From the NCBI GenBank assembly GCA_964016885.1, contig OZ024750.1, forward strand, positions 37,448,001-37,512,000: a stretch of DNA of 64,000 bases, written 5' to 3'. The stretch is from Eledone cirrhosa. Its lineage: Eukaryota. Below the pieces are notes generated by a model that did not search any database, was not told the DNA's origin, and worked only from the letters and a program-made list of their open reading frames with translations. Positions 28,301 to 43,700 of this stretch are shown here, piece after piece; the stretch's first letter is position 1; the number at the start of each line of letters is the position of its first letter. Made by a program: the position numbers and the translations under genes.

Positions 28301-31300
28301 ATTTTTTTAGGTTTTTCACAAATTGATCATTTTACACAGTATTTGGAATAATTGCGTTTATACATTGTTTCGACACGTTGAAAAATTTTTTAAAAATACA
28401 AAATATATATCAATTTTCGAAATCACAAAGTATATATTTCGAAAGAAAAAAATCAATCTTTTTTGAAAAAAAACAATTATTCGAAATACTGTGTAAAATG
28501 ATCAATTTGTGAAAAACCTAAAATAATCAATTCGTTTATACTTTTCGAAATATTTACTTCTGATTTCTAAAATTGATTTTTTTAGGTTTTTCACAAATTG
28601 ATCATTTTACACAGTATTTGGAAAAAATGCATTGTTTCGACACGTTGAAAAATTTTTTAAAAATACAAAATATATATCAATTTTCGAAATCAGAAAGTAT
28701 ATATTTCGAAAGAAAAAAAATTAATCTTTTTTGAAAAAAAACAATTTTTCGAAATACTGTGTAAAATGATCAATTTGTGAAAAACCTAAAATAATCAATT
28801 TTTTTATACTTTTCGAAATATTTACTTCTGATTTCTAAAATTGATTTTTTTTAGGTTTTTCACAAATTGATCATTTTACACAGTATTTGGAAAAAATATT
28901 TTTTTTCAAAAGAATGCGTTTATAAATTGTGTTTCGACACGTTGAAAAATACAAAATATATATCAATTTTCGAAATCAGAAAGTATATATTTCGAAAGAA
29001 AAAAAATTAATCTTTTTTGAAAAAAAACAATTTTTCGAAATACTGTGTAAAATGATCAATTTGTGAAAAACCTAAAATAATCAATTTTTTTATACTTTTC
29101 GAAATATTTACTTCTGATTTCTAAAATTGATTTTTTTAGGTTTTACACAGTATTTGGAATAAATGCGTTTATACATTATGTTTCGACACGTTGAAAAATT
29201 TTTTAAAAATACAAAATATATATCAATTTTCGAAATCAGAAAGTATATATTTCGAAATAAAAAAAATTAATCTTTTTTGAAATATAACAATTTTTCGAAA
29301 TACTGTGTAAAATGATCAATTTGTGAAAAACCTAAAATAATCAATTTTTTATACTTTTCGAAATATTTACTTCTGATTTCTAAAATTGATTTTTTTAGGT
29401 TTTTCACAAATTGATCATTTTACACAGTATTTGGAAAAAATGCATTGTTTCGACACGTTGAAAAATTTTTTAAAAATACAAAATATATATCAATTTTCGA
29501 AATCAGAAAGTATATATTTCGAAAGAAAAAAAATTAATCTTTTTTGAAAAAAAACAATTTTTCGAAATACTGTGTAAAATGATCAATTTGTGAAAAACCT
29601 AAAATAATCAATTTTTTAATACTTTTCGAAATATTTACTTCTGATTTCTAAAATTGATTTTTTTTAGGTTTTTCACAAATTGATCATTTTACACAGTATT
29701 TGGAAAAAATATTTTTTTTCAAAAGAATGCGTTTATAAATTGTGTTTCGACACGTTGAAAAATACAAAATATATATCAATTTTCGAAATCAGAAAGTATA
29801 TATTTCGAAAGAAAAAAAATTAATCTTTTTTGAAAAAAAACAATTTTTCGAAATACTGTGTAAAATGATCAATTTGTGAAAAACCTAAAATAATCAATTT
29901 TTTTATACTTTTCGAAATATTTACTTCTGATTTCTAAAATTGATTTTTTTAGGTTTTACACAGTATTTGCAAAAAAGGCGTTTATACATTTAGTTTCGAC
30001 ACGTTGAAAAATACAAAATATATATCAATTTTCGAAATCAGAAAGTATATATTTCGAAAGAAAAAAATCAATCTCTTTTGAAAAAAAACAATTTTTCGAA
30101 ATACTGTGTAAAATGATCAATTTGTGAAAAACCTAAAATAATCAATTTTTTTATACTTTTCGAACTATTCACTTCTGATTTCTAAAATTGATTTTTTTAG
30201 GTTTTTCACAAATTGATCATTTTACACTATTTGGAAAAAATATTTTTTTTCAAAAAAATGCGTTTATACATTGTGTTTCGACACGTTGAAAAATACAATA
30301 TATATATCAATTTTCGAAATCAGAAAGTATATATTTCGAAAGAAAAAAAATCAATCTTTTTTGAAAAAAAACAATTTTTCGAAATACTGTGTAAAATGAT
30401 CAAATGGTGAAAAACCTAAAATAATCAATTTTTTTATACTTTTCGAAATATTTACTTCTGATTTCTAAAATTGATTTTTTTAGGTTTTTCACAAATTGAT
30501 AATTTTACACTATTTTGAAAAAATATTTTTTTTCAAAAAAATGCGTTTATACATTGTGTTTCGACACGTTGAAAAATACAATTTATATATCAATTTTCGA
30601 AATCAGAAAGTATATATTTCGAAAGAAATAAAATCAATCTTTTTTGAAAAAAAACAATTTTTCGAAATACTGTGTAACATGATCAATTTGTGAAAAACCT
30701 AAAATAATCAATTTTTTTATACTTTTCGAAATATTTACTTCTGATTTCTAAAATTGATTTTTTTAGGTTTTTCACAAATTGATCATTTTACACAGTATTT
30801 GGAATAATTGCGTTTATACATTGTTTCGACACGTTGAAAAATTTTTTAAAAATACAAAATATATATCAATTTTCGAAATCACAAAGTATATATTTCGAAA
30901 GAAAAAAATCAATCTTTTTTGAAAAAAAACAATTATTCGAAATACTGTGTAAAATGATCAATTTGTGAAAAACCTAAAATAATCAATTCGTTTATACTTT
31001 TCGAAATATTTACTTCTGATTTCTAAAATTGATTTTTTTAGGTTTTTCACAAATTGATCATTTTACACAGTATTTGGAAAAAATGCATTGTTTCGACACG
31101 TTGAAAAATTTTTTAAAAATACAAAATATATATCAATTTTCGAAATCAGAAAGTATATATTTCGAAAGAAAAAAAATTAATCTTTTTTGAAAAAAAACAA
31201 TTTTTCGAAATACTGTGTAAAATGATCAATTTGTGAAAAACCTAAAATAATCAATTTTTTTATACTTTTCGAAATATTTACTTCTGATTTCTAAAATTGA

Positions 31301-31700
31301 TTTTTTTTAGGTTTTTCACAAATTGATCATTTTACACAGTATTTGGAAAAAATATTTTTTTTCAAAAGAATGCGTTTATAAATTGTGTTTCGACACGTTG
31401 AAAAATACAAAATATATATCAATTTTCGAAATCAGAAAGTATATATTTCGAAAGAAAAAAAATTAATCTTTTTTGAAAAAAAACAATTTTTCGAAATACT
31501 GTGTAAAATGATCAATTTGTGAAAAACCTAAAATAATCAATTTTTTTATACTTTTCGAAATATTTACTTCTGATTTCTAAAATTGATTTTTTTTAGGTTT
31601 TACACAGTATTTGCAAAAAAGGCGTTTATACATTTAGTTTCGACACGTTGAAAAATACAAAATATATATCAATTTTCGAAATCAGAAAGTATATATTTCG
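25260..31700 (+). repeat. Short higher-order repeats, 1643-bp (6-mer) then 2456-bp (9-mer) periods
   Basis: Offsets 26114/27757 and 26397/28040 = 1643. Offsets 27757/30213 and 28040/30496 = 2456. Confidence 0.85.
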
Positions 31701-34700
31701 AAAGAAAAAAAATTAATCTTTTTTGAAAAAAAACAATTTTTCGAAATACTGTGTAAAATGATCAATTTGTGAAAAACCTAAAATAATCCATTTATTTATA
31801 CTTTTCGAAATATTTACTTCTGATTTCTAAAATTGATTTTTTTAGGTTTTTCACAAATTGATCATTTTACACAGTATTTGGAAAAAATACATTGTTTCGA
31901 CACGTTGAAAAATTTTTTAAAAATACAAAATATATATCAATTTTCGAAATCAGAAACTATATTTCGAAAGAAAAAAAATCAATCTTTTTTGAAAAAAAAC
32001 AATTTTTCGAAATACTTTGTAAAATGATAGATTTGTGAAAAACCTAAAATAATCCATTTTTTTATACTTTTCGAAATATTTACTTCTGATTTCTAAAATT
32101 GATTTTTTTTAGGTTTTTCACAAATTGATCATTTTACACAGTATTTGGAAAAAATGCGTTATGTTTCGACACGTTGAAAAACTTTTGAAAAATTCAAAAT
32201 ATATATCAATTTTCGAAATCAGAAAGTATATATTTCGAAAGAAATAAAATCAAATTTTTTTGAAAAAAAACAATTTTTCGAAATACTGTGTAACATGATC
32301 AATTTGTGAAAAACCTAAAATAATAAATTTTTTTATACTTTTAGAAATATTTATTTCTGATTTCTAACATTGATTTTTTTAGGTTTTACACAGTATTTGG
32401 AAAAAATGCGTTTATACATTATGTTTCGGCACGTTGAAAAATATTTGAAAAATACAAAATATATATCAATTTTCGAAATCAGAAAGTATATATTTCGAAA
32501 GAAAAAAAATCAATCTTTTTTGAAAAAAAACAATTTTTCGAAATACTGTGTAAAATGATCAATTTGTGAAAAACCTAAAATAATCAATTTTTTTATACTT
32601 TTCGAAATATTTACTTCTGATTTCTAAAATTGACTTTTTTAGGTTTTTCACAAATTGATCATTTTACACAGTATTTGGAAAAAATGCGTTTATAGATTGT
32701 TTCGACACGTTGAAAAATTTTTTAAAAATACAAAATATATATCAATTTTCGAAATCAGAAAGTATGTATTTCGAAAGAAAAAAAATCAATCTTTTTTGAA
32801 AAAAAACAATTTTTCGAAATACTGTGTAAATTGATCAATTTGTGAAAAACCTAAAATAATCAATTTTTTTATACTTTTCGAAATATTTACTTCTGATTTC
32901 TAAAATTGATTTTTTTAGGTTTTTAACAAATTGATCCTTTTACACAGTATTTGGAAAAAATATTTTTTTTCAAAAATATGTGTTTATACATTGTGTTTCG
33001 ACACGTTGAAAAATATTTGAAAAATTAAAAATATATATCAATTTTCGAAATCAGAAAGTATATATTTCGAAAGAAAAAAATCAATCTCTTTTGAAAAAAA
33101 ACAATTTTTCGAAATACTGTGTAAAATGATCAATTTGTGAAAAACCTAAAATAATCAATTTTTTTATACTTTTCGAACTATTCACTTCTGATTTCTAAAA
33201 TTGATTTTTTTAGGTTTTTCACAAATTGATCATTTTACACTATTTTGAAAAAATATTTTTTTTCAAAAAAATGCGTTTATACATTGTGTTTCGACACGTT
33301 GAAAAATACAATTTATATATCAATTTTCGAAATCAGAAAGTATATATTTCGAAAGAAATAAAATCAATCTTTTTTGAAAAAAAACAATTTTTCGAAATAC
33401 TGTGTAACATGATCAATTTGTGAAAAACCTAAAATAATCAATTTTTTTATACTTTTCGAAATATTTACTTCTGATTTCTAAAATTGATTTTTTTAGGTTT
33501 TTCACAAATTGATCATTTTACACAGTATTTGGAAAAAATGTTTTCTTTCAAAAAAATGCGTGTATACATTGTGTTTCGACACGTTGAAAAATATTTGAAA
33601 AATACAAAATATATATCAATTTTCGAAATAAGAAAGTATATATTTCGATAGAAAAAAAAATCAATCTTTTTTGAAAAAAAACAATTATTCGAAATACTGT
33701 GTAAAATAATCAATTTGTGAAAAACCTAAAATAATCAATTCGTTTATACTTTTCGAAATATTTACTTCTGATTTCTAAAATTGATTTTTTTAGGTTTTTC
33801 ACAAATTGATCATTTTACACAGTATTTGTAAAAAATTTTTTTTTTCAAAAAAATGCGTTTATACATTGTGCTTCGACACGTTGAAAAATATTAAATATAT
33901 ATCAATTTTCGAAATCAGAAAGTATATATTTCGAAAGAAAAAAATCAATCTCTTTTAAAAAAAAACAATTTTTCGAAATACTGTGTAAAATGATCAATTT
34001 GTGAAAAACCTAAAATAATCAATTTTTTTATACTTTTCGAAATATTTACTTCTGATTTCTAAAATTGATTTTTTTAGGTTTTTCACAAATTGATCATTTT
34101 ACACTATTTGGAATACAATATATATATCAATTTTCAAAATCAGAAAGTATATATTTCGAAAGAAAAAAAATCAATCTTTTTTGAAAAAAAACAATTTTTC
34201 GAAATACTGTGTAAAATGATCAATTTGTGAAAAACCTAAAATAATCAATTTTTTTATACTTTTCGAAATATTTACTTCTGATTTCTAAAATTGATTTTTT
34301 TAGGTTTTTCACAAATTGATAATTTTACACTATTTGGAAAAAATATTTTTTTTCAAAAAAATGCGTTTATACATTGTGTTTCGACACGTTGAAAAATACA
34401 ATTTATATATCAATTTTCGAAATCAGAAAGTATATATTTCGAAAGAAAAAAAATCAATCTTTTTTGAAAAAAAACAATTTTTCGAAATACTGTGTAAAAT
34501 GATCAATTTGTGAAAAACCTAAAATAATCAATTTTTATATACTTTTCGAAATATTTACTTCTGATTTCTAAAATTGATTTTTTTAGGTTTTTCACAAATT
34601 GATCATTTTACACAGTATTTGGAAAAAATGTTTTCTTTCAAAAAAATGCGTTTATACATTGTGTTTCGACACGTTGAAAAATATTTGAAAAATACAAAAT

Positions 34701-37700
34701 ATATATCAATTTTCGAAATAAGAAAGTATATATTTCGATAGAAAAAAAATCAATCTTTTTTGAAAAAAAACAATTATTCGAAATACTGTGTAAAATAATC
34801 AATTTGTGAAAAACTTAAAATAATCAATTCGTTTATACTTTTCGAAATATTTACTTCTGATTTCTAAAATTGATTTTTTTAGGTTTTTCACAAATTGATC
34901 ATTTTACACAGTATTTGGAAAAAATTTTTTTTTTCAAAAAAATGCGTTTATACATTGTGCTTCGACACGTTGAAAAATATTAAATATATATCAATTTTCG
35001 AAATCAGAAAGTATGTATTTCGAAAGAAAAAAAATCAATCTTTTTTGAAAAAAAACCATTTTTCGAAATACTGTGTAAAGTGATCAATTTGTGAAAAACC
35101 TAAAATAATCAATTTTTTTATACTTTTCGAAATATTTACTTCTGATTTCTAAAATTGATTTTTTTAGGTTTTTCACAAATTGATCATTTTACACAGTATT
35201 TGGACAAAATATTTTTTTTCAAAAAAATGTGTTTATACATTGTGTTTCGACACGTTGAAAAATATTTGAAAAATTAAAAATATATATCAATTTTCGAAAT
35301 CAGAAAGTATATATTTCGAAAGAAAAAAATCAATCTCTTTTTAAAAAAAACAATTTTTCGAAATACTGTGTAAAATGATCAATTTGTGAAAAACCTAAAA
35401 TAATCAATTTTTTTATACTTTTCGAAATATTTACTTCTGATTTCTAAAATTGATTTTTTTAGGTTTTTCAGAAATTGATCATTTTACACTATTTGGAAAA
35501 AATATTTTTTTTCAAAAAAATGCGTTTATACATTGTGTTTCGACACGTTAAAAAATACAATATATATATCAATTTTCGAAATCAGAAAGTATATATTTCG
35601 AAAGAAAAAAAATCAATCTTTTTTGAAAAAAAACAATTTTTCGAAATACTGTGTAAAATGATCAATTTGTGAAAAACCTAAAATAATCAATTTTTTTATA
35701 CTTTTCGAAATATTTACTTCTGATTTCTAAAATTGATTTTTTTAGGTTTTTCACAAATTGATAATTTTACACTATTTGGAAAAAATATTTTTTTTCAAAA
35801 AAATGCGTTTATACATTGTGTTTCGACACGTTGAAAAATACAATTTATATATCAATTTTCGAAATCAGAAAGTATATATTTCGAAAGAAAAAAAATCAAT
35901 CTTTTTTGAAAAAAAACAATTTTTCGAAATACTGTGTAAAATGATCAATTTGTGAAAAACCTAAAATAATCAATTTTTTTATACTTTTCGAAATATTTAC
36001 TTCTGATTTCTAAAATTGATTTTTTTAAGGTTTTTCACAAACTGATCATTTTACACAGTATTTGGAAAAAAGGCGTTTATACATTGTTCCGACACGTTGA
36101 AAAATCTTTTAAAAATACAAAATATATATCAATTTTCGAAATCAGAAAGTATGTATTTCGAAAAAAAAAAATCAATCGTTTTTGAAAAAAAACAATTTTT
36201 CGAAATACTGTAAAATGATCAATTTGTGAAAAACCTAAAATAATCAATTCGTTTATACTTTTCGAAATATTTACTTCTGATTTCTAAAATTGATTTTTTT
36301 AGGTTTTTCACAAATTGATCATTTTACACAGTATTTCGAAAAATTGTTTTTTTTCAAAAAAATGCGTTCATACATTGTTTCGACACGTTGAAAAATATTT
36401 GAAAAATTAAAAATATATATCAATTTTCGAAATCAGAAAGTATATATTTCGAAAGAAAAAAAATCAATCTTTTTTGAAAAAAAACAATTTTTCGAAATAC
36501 TGTGTAAAATGATCAATTTGTGAAAAATCTAAAATAATCAATTTTTTTATAGTTTTCGAAATTTACTTTCTGATTTCTAAAATTGATTTTTTTAGGTTTT
36601 CCACAAATTGATCATTTTACACAGTATTTGGAAAAAATGCATTGTTTCGACACGTTGAAAAATTTTTTAAAAATACAAAATATATATCAATTTTCGAACT
36701 CAGAAACTATATTTCGAAAGAAAAAAAATCAATCTTTTTTGAAAAAAAACAATTTTTCGAAATACTGTGTAAAATGATAGATTTGTGAAAAACCTAAAAT
36801 AATCCATTTTTTTATACTTTTCGAAATATTTACTTCTGATTTCTAAAATTGATTTTTTTAGGTTTTTCACAAATTGATCATTTTACACAGTATTTGGAAA
36901 AAATATTTTTTTTCAAAAGAATGCGGTTATAAATTGTGTTTCGACACGTTGAAAAATACAAAATATATATCAAAAAGTATATATATCGAAATCAGAAAGT
37001 ATATATTTCGAAAGAAATAAAATCAATCCTTTTTGAAATATAACAATTTTTCGAAATACTGTGTAAAATGATCAATTTGTGAAAAACCTAAAATAATCAA
37101 TTCGTTTATACTTTTCGAAATATTTACTTCTGATTTCTAAAATTGATTTTTTTAGGTTTTTCACAAATTGATCATTTTACACAGTATTTGGAAAAATTGC
37201 GTTTATACATTGTTTCGCCACGTTGAAAAATTTTTTAAAAATACAAAATATATATCAATTTTCGAAATCACAAAGTATATATTTCGAAAGAAAAAAATCA
37301 ATCTTTTTTGAAAAAAAACAATTATTCGAAATACTGTGTAAAATGATCAATTTGTGAAAAACCTAAAATAATCAATTCGTTTATACTTTTCGAAATATTT
37401 ACTTCTGATTTCTAAAATTGATTTTTTTAGGTTTTTCACAAATTGATCATTTTACACAGTATTTGGAAAAAATGCATTGTTTCGACACGTTGAAAAATTT
37501 TTTAAAAATACAAAATATATATCAATTTTCGAAATCAGAAAGTATATATTTCGAAAGAAAAAAAATTAATCTTTTTTGAAAAAAAACAATTTTTCGAAAT
37601 ACTGTGTAAAATGATCAATTTGTGAAAAACCTAAAATAATCAATTTTTTAATACTTTTCGAAATATTTACTTCTGATTTCTAAAATTGATTTTTTTTAGG

Positions 37701-40700
37701 TTTTTCACAAATTGATCATTTTACACAGTATTTGGAAAAAATATTTTTTTTCAAAAGAATGCGTTTATAAATTGTGTTTCGACACGTTGAAAAATACAAA
37801 ATATATATCAATTTTCGAAATCAGAAAGTATATATTTCGAAAGAAAAAAAATTAATCTTTTTTGAAAAAAAACAATTTTTCGAAATACTGTGTAAAATGA
37901 TCAATTTGTGAAAAACCTAAAATAATCAATTTTTTTATACTTTTCGAAATATTTACTTCTGATTTCTAAAATTGATTTTTTTAGGTTTTACACAGTATTT
38001 GCAAAAAAGGCGTTTATACATTTAGTTTCGACACGTTGAAAAATACAAAATATATATCAATTTTCGAAATCAGAAAGTATATATTTCGAAAGAAAAAAAT
38101 CAATCTCTTTTGAAAAAAAACAATTTTTCGAAATACTGTGTAAAATGATCAATTTGTGAAAAACCTAAAATAATCAATTTTTTTATACTTTTCGAACTAT
38201 TCACTTCTGATTTCTAAAATTGATTTTTTTAGGTTTTTCACAAATTGATCATTTTACACTATTTGGAAAAAATATTTTTTTTCAAAAAAATGCGTTTATA
38301 CATTGTGTTTCGACACGTTGAAAAATACAATATATATATCAATTTTCGAAATCAGAAAGTATATATTTCGAAAGAAAAAAAATCAATCTTTTTTGAAAAA
38401 AAACAATTTTTCGAAATACTGTGTAAAATGATCAAATGGTGAAAAACCTAAAATAATCAATTTTTTTATACTTTTCGAAATATTTACTTCTGATTTCTAA
38501 AATTGATTTTTTTAGGTTTTTCACAAATTGATAATTTTACACTATTTTGAAAAAATATTTTTTTTCAAAAAAATGCGTTTATACATTGTGTTTCGACACG
38601 TTGAAAAATACAATTTATATATCAATTTTCGAAATCAGAAAGTATATATTTCGAAAGAAATAAAATCAATCTTTTTTGAAAAAAAACAATTTTTCGAAAT
38701 ACTGTGTAACATGATCAATTTGTGAAAAACCTAAAATAATCAATTTTTTTATACTTTTCGAAATATTTACTTCTGATTTCTAAAATTGATTTTTTTAGGT
38801 TTTTCACAAATTGATCATTTTACACAGTATTTGGAATAATTGCGTTTATACATTGTTTCGACACGTTGAAAAATTTTTTAAAAATACAAAATATATATCA
38901 ATTTTCGAAATCACAAAGTATATATTTCGAAAGAAAAAAATCAATCTTTTTTGAAAAAAAACAATTATTCGAAATACTGTGTAAAATGATCAATTTGTGA
39001 AAAACCTAAAATAATCAATTCGTTTATACTTTTCGAAATATTTACTTCTGATTTCTAAAATTGATTTTTTTAGGTTTTTCACAAATTGATCATTTTACAC
39101 AGTATTTGGAAAAAATGCATTGTTTCGACACGTTGAAAAATTTTTTAAAAATACAAAATATATATCAATTTTCGAAATCAGAAAGTATATATTTCGAAAG
39201 AAAAAAAATTAATCTTTTTTGAAAAAAAACAATTTTTCGAAATACTGTGTAAAATGATCAATTTGTGAAAAACCTAAAATAATCAATTTTTTTATACTTT
39301 TCGAAATATTTACTTCTGATTTCTAAAATTGATTTTTTTTAGGTTTTTCACAAATTGATCATTTTACACAGTATTTGGAAAAAATATTTTTTTTCAAAAG
39401 AATGCGTTTATAAATTGTGTTTCGACACGTTGAAAAATACAAAATATATATCAATTTTCGAAATCAGAAAGTATATATTTCGAAAGAAAAAAAATTAATC
39501 TTTTTTGAAAAAAAACAATTTTTCGAAATACTGTGTAAAATGATCAATTTGTGAAAAACCTAAAATAATCAATTTTTTTATACTTTTCGAAATATTTACT
39601 TCTGATTTCTAAAATTGATTTTTTTAGGTTTTACACAGTATTTGGAATAAATGCGTTTATACATTATGTTTCGACACGTTGAAAAATTTTTTAAAAATAC
39701 AAAATATATATCAATTTTCGAAATCAGAAAGTATATATTTCGAAATAAAAAAAATTAATCTTTTTTGAAATATAACAATTTTTCGAAATACTGTGTAAAA
39801 TGATCAATTTGTGAAAAACCTAAAATAATCAATTTTTTATACTTTTCGAAATATTTACTTCTGATTTCTAAAATTGATTTTTTTAGGTTTTTCACAAATT
39901 GATCATTTTACACAGTATTTGGAAAAAATGCATTGTTTCGACACGTTGAAAAATTTTTTAAAAATACAAAATATATATCAATTTTCGAAATCAGAAAGTA
40001 TATATTTCGAAAGAAAAAAAATTAATCTTTTTTGAAAAAAAACAATTTTTCGAAATACTGTGTAAAATGATCAATTTGTGAAAAACCTAAAATAATCAAT
40101 TTTTTAATACTTTTCGAAATATTTACTTCTGATTTCTAAAATTGATTTTTTTTAGCTTTTTCACAAATTGATCATTTTACACAGTATTTGGAAAAAATAT
40201 TTTTTTTCAAAAGAATGCGTTTATAAATTGTGTTTCGACACGTTGAAAAATACAAAATATATATCAATTTTCGAAATCAGAAAGTATATATTTCGAAAGA
40301 AAAAAAATTAATCTTTTTTGAAAAAAAACAATTTTTCGAAATACTGTGTAAAATGATCAATTTGTGAAAAACCTAAAATAATCAATTTTTTTATACTTTT
40401 CGAAATATTTACTTCTGATTTCTAAAATTGATTTTTTTAGGTTTTACACAGTATTTGCAAAAAAGGCGTTTATACATTTAGTTTCGACACGTTGAAAAAT
40501 ACAAAATATATATCAATTTTCGAAATCAGAAGTATATATTTCGAAAGAAAAAAATCAATCTCTTTTGAAAAAAAACAATTTTTCGAAATACTGTGTAAAA
40601 TGATCAATTTGTGAAAAACCTAAAATAATCAATTTTTTTATACTTTTCGAACTATTCACTTCTGATTTCTAAAATTGATTTTTTTAGGTTTTTCACAAAT

Positions 40701-43700
40701 TGATCATTTTACACTATTTGGAAAAAATATTTTTTTTCAAAAAAATGCGTTTATACATTGTGTTTCGACACGTTGAAAAATACAATATATATATCAATTT
40801 TCGAAATCAGAAAGTATATATTTCGAAAGAAAAAAAATCAATCTTTTTTGAAAAAAAACAATTTTTCGAAATACTGTGTAAAATGATCAAATGGTGAAAA
40901 ACCTAAAATAATCAATTTTTTTATACTTTTCGAAATATTTACTTCTGATTTCTAAAATTGATTTTTTTAGGTTTTTCACAAATTGATAATTTTACACTAT
41001 TTTGAAAAAATATTTTTTTTCAAAAAAATGCGTTTATACATTGTGTTTCGACACGTTGAAAAATACAATTTATATATCAATTTTCGAAATCAGAAAGTAT
41101 ATATTTCGAAAGAAATAAAATCAATCTTTTTTGAAAAAAAACAATTTTTCGAAATACTGTGTAACATGATCAATTTGTGAAAAACCTAAAATAATCAATT
41201 TTTTTATACTTTTCGAAATATTTACTTCTGATTTCTAAAATTGATTTTTTTAGGTTTTTCACAAATTGATCATTTTACACAGTATTTGGAAAAATTGCGT
41301 TTATACATTGTTTCGACACGTTGAAAAATTTTTTAAAAATACAAAATATATATCAATTTTCGAAATCACAAAGTATATATTTCGAAAGAAAAAAATCAAT
41401 CTTTTTTGAAAAAAAACAATTATTCGAAATACTGTGTAAAATGATCAATTTGTGAAAAACCTAAAATAATCAATTCGTTTATACTTTTCGAAATATTTAC
41501 TTCTGATTTCTAAAATTGATTTTTTTAGGTTTTTCACAAATTGATCATTTTACACAGTATTTGGACAAAATATTTTTTTTCAAAAAAATGTGTTTATACA
41601 TTGTGTTTCGACACGTTGAAAAATATTTGAAAAATTAAAAATATATATCAATTTTCGAAATCAGAAAGTATATATTTCGAAAGAAAAAAATCAATCTCTT
41701 TTAAAAAAAAACAATTTTTCGAAATACTGTGTAAAATGATCAATTTGTGAAAAACCTAAAATAATCAATTTTTTTATACTTTTCGAAATATTTACTTCTG
41801 ATTTCTAAAATTGATTTTTTTAGGTTTTTCACAAATTGATCATTTTACACTATTTGGAAAAAATATTTTTTTTCAAAAAAATGCGTTTATACATTGTGTT
41901 TCGACACGTTAAAAAATACAATATATATATCAATTTTCGAAATCAGAAAGTATATATTTCGAAAGAAAAAAAATCAATCTTTTTTGAAAAAAAACAATTT
42001 TTCGAAATACTGTGTAAAATGATCAATTTGTGAAAAACCTAAAATAATCAATTTTTTTATACTTTTCGAAATATTTACTTCTGATTTCTAAAATTGATTT
42101 TTTTAGGTTTTTCACAAATTGATAATTTTACACTATTTGGAAAAAATATTTTTTTTCAAAAAAATGCGTTTATACATTGTGTTTCGACACGTTGAAAAAT
42201 ACAATTTATATATCAATTTTCGAAATCAGAAAGTATATATTTCGAAAGAAAAAAAATCAATCTTTTTTGAAAAAAAACAATTTTTCGAAATACTGTGTAA
42301 AATGATCAATTTGTGAAAAACCTAAAATAATCAATTTTTTTATACTTTTCGAAATATTTACTTCTGATTTCTAAAATTGATTTTTTTTAGGTTTTTCACA
42401 AACTGATCATTTTACACAGTATTTGGAAAAAAGGCGTTTATACATTGTTCCGACACGTTGAAAAATCTTTTAAAAATACAAAATATATATCAATTTTCGA
42501 AATCAGAAAGTATGTATTTCGAAAAAAAAAAATCAATCGTTTTTGAAAAAAAACAATTTTTCGAAATACTGTAAAATGATCAATTTGTGAAAAACCTAAA
42601 ATAATCAATTCGTTTATACTTTTCGAAATATTTACTTCTGATTTCTAAAATTGATTTTTTTAGGTTTTTCACAAATTGATCATTTTACACAGTATTTCGA
42701 AAAATTGTTTTTTTTCAAAAAAATGCGTTCATACATTGTTTCGACACGTTGAAAAATATTTGAAAAATTAAAAATATATATCAATTTTCGAAATCAGAAA
42801 GTATATATTTCGAAAGAAAAAAAATCAATCTTTTTTGAAAAAAAACAATTTTTCGAAATACTGTGTAAAATGATCAATTTGTGAAAAATCTAAAATAATC
42901 AATTTTTTTATAGTTTTCGAAATTTACTTTCTGATTTCTAAAATTGATTTTTTTAGGTTTTCCACAAATTGATCATTTTACACAGTATTTGGAAAAAATG
43001 CATTGTTTCGACACGTTGAAAAATTTTTTAAAAATACAAAATATATATCAATTTTCGAACTCAGAAACTATATTTCGAAAGAAAAAAAATCAATCTTTTT
43101 TGAAAAAAAACAATTTTTCGAAATACTGTGTAAAATGATAGATTTGTGAAAAACCTAAAATAATCCATTTTTTTATACTTTTCGAAATATTTACTTCTGA
43201 TTTCTAAAATTGATTTTTTTAGGTTTTTCACAAATTGATCATTTTACACAGTATTTGGAAAAAATATTTTTTTTCAAAAGAATGCGGTTATAAATTGTGT
43301 TTCGACACGTTGAAAAATACAAAATATATATCAAAAAGTATATATATCGAAATCAGAAAGTATATATTTCGAAAGAAATAAAATCAATCCTTTTTGAAAT
43401 ATAACAATTTTTCGAAATACTGTGTAAAATGATCAATTTGTGAAAAACCTAAAATAATCAATTCGTTTATACTTTTCGAAATATTTACTTCTGATTTCTA
43501 AAATTGATTTTTTTAGGTTTTTCACAAATTGATCATTTTACACAGTATTTGGAAAAATTGCGTTTATACATTGTTTCGCCACGTTGAAAAATTTTTTAAA
43601 AATACAAAATATATATCAATTTTCGAAATCACAAAGTATATATTTCGAAAGAAAAAAATCAATCTTTTTTGAAAAAAAACAATTATTCGAAATACTGTGT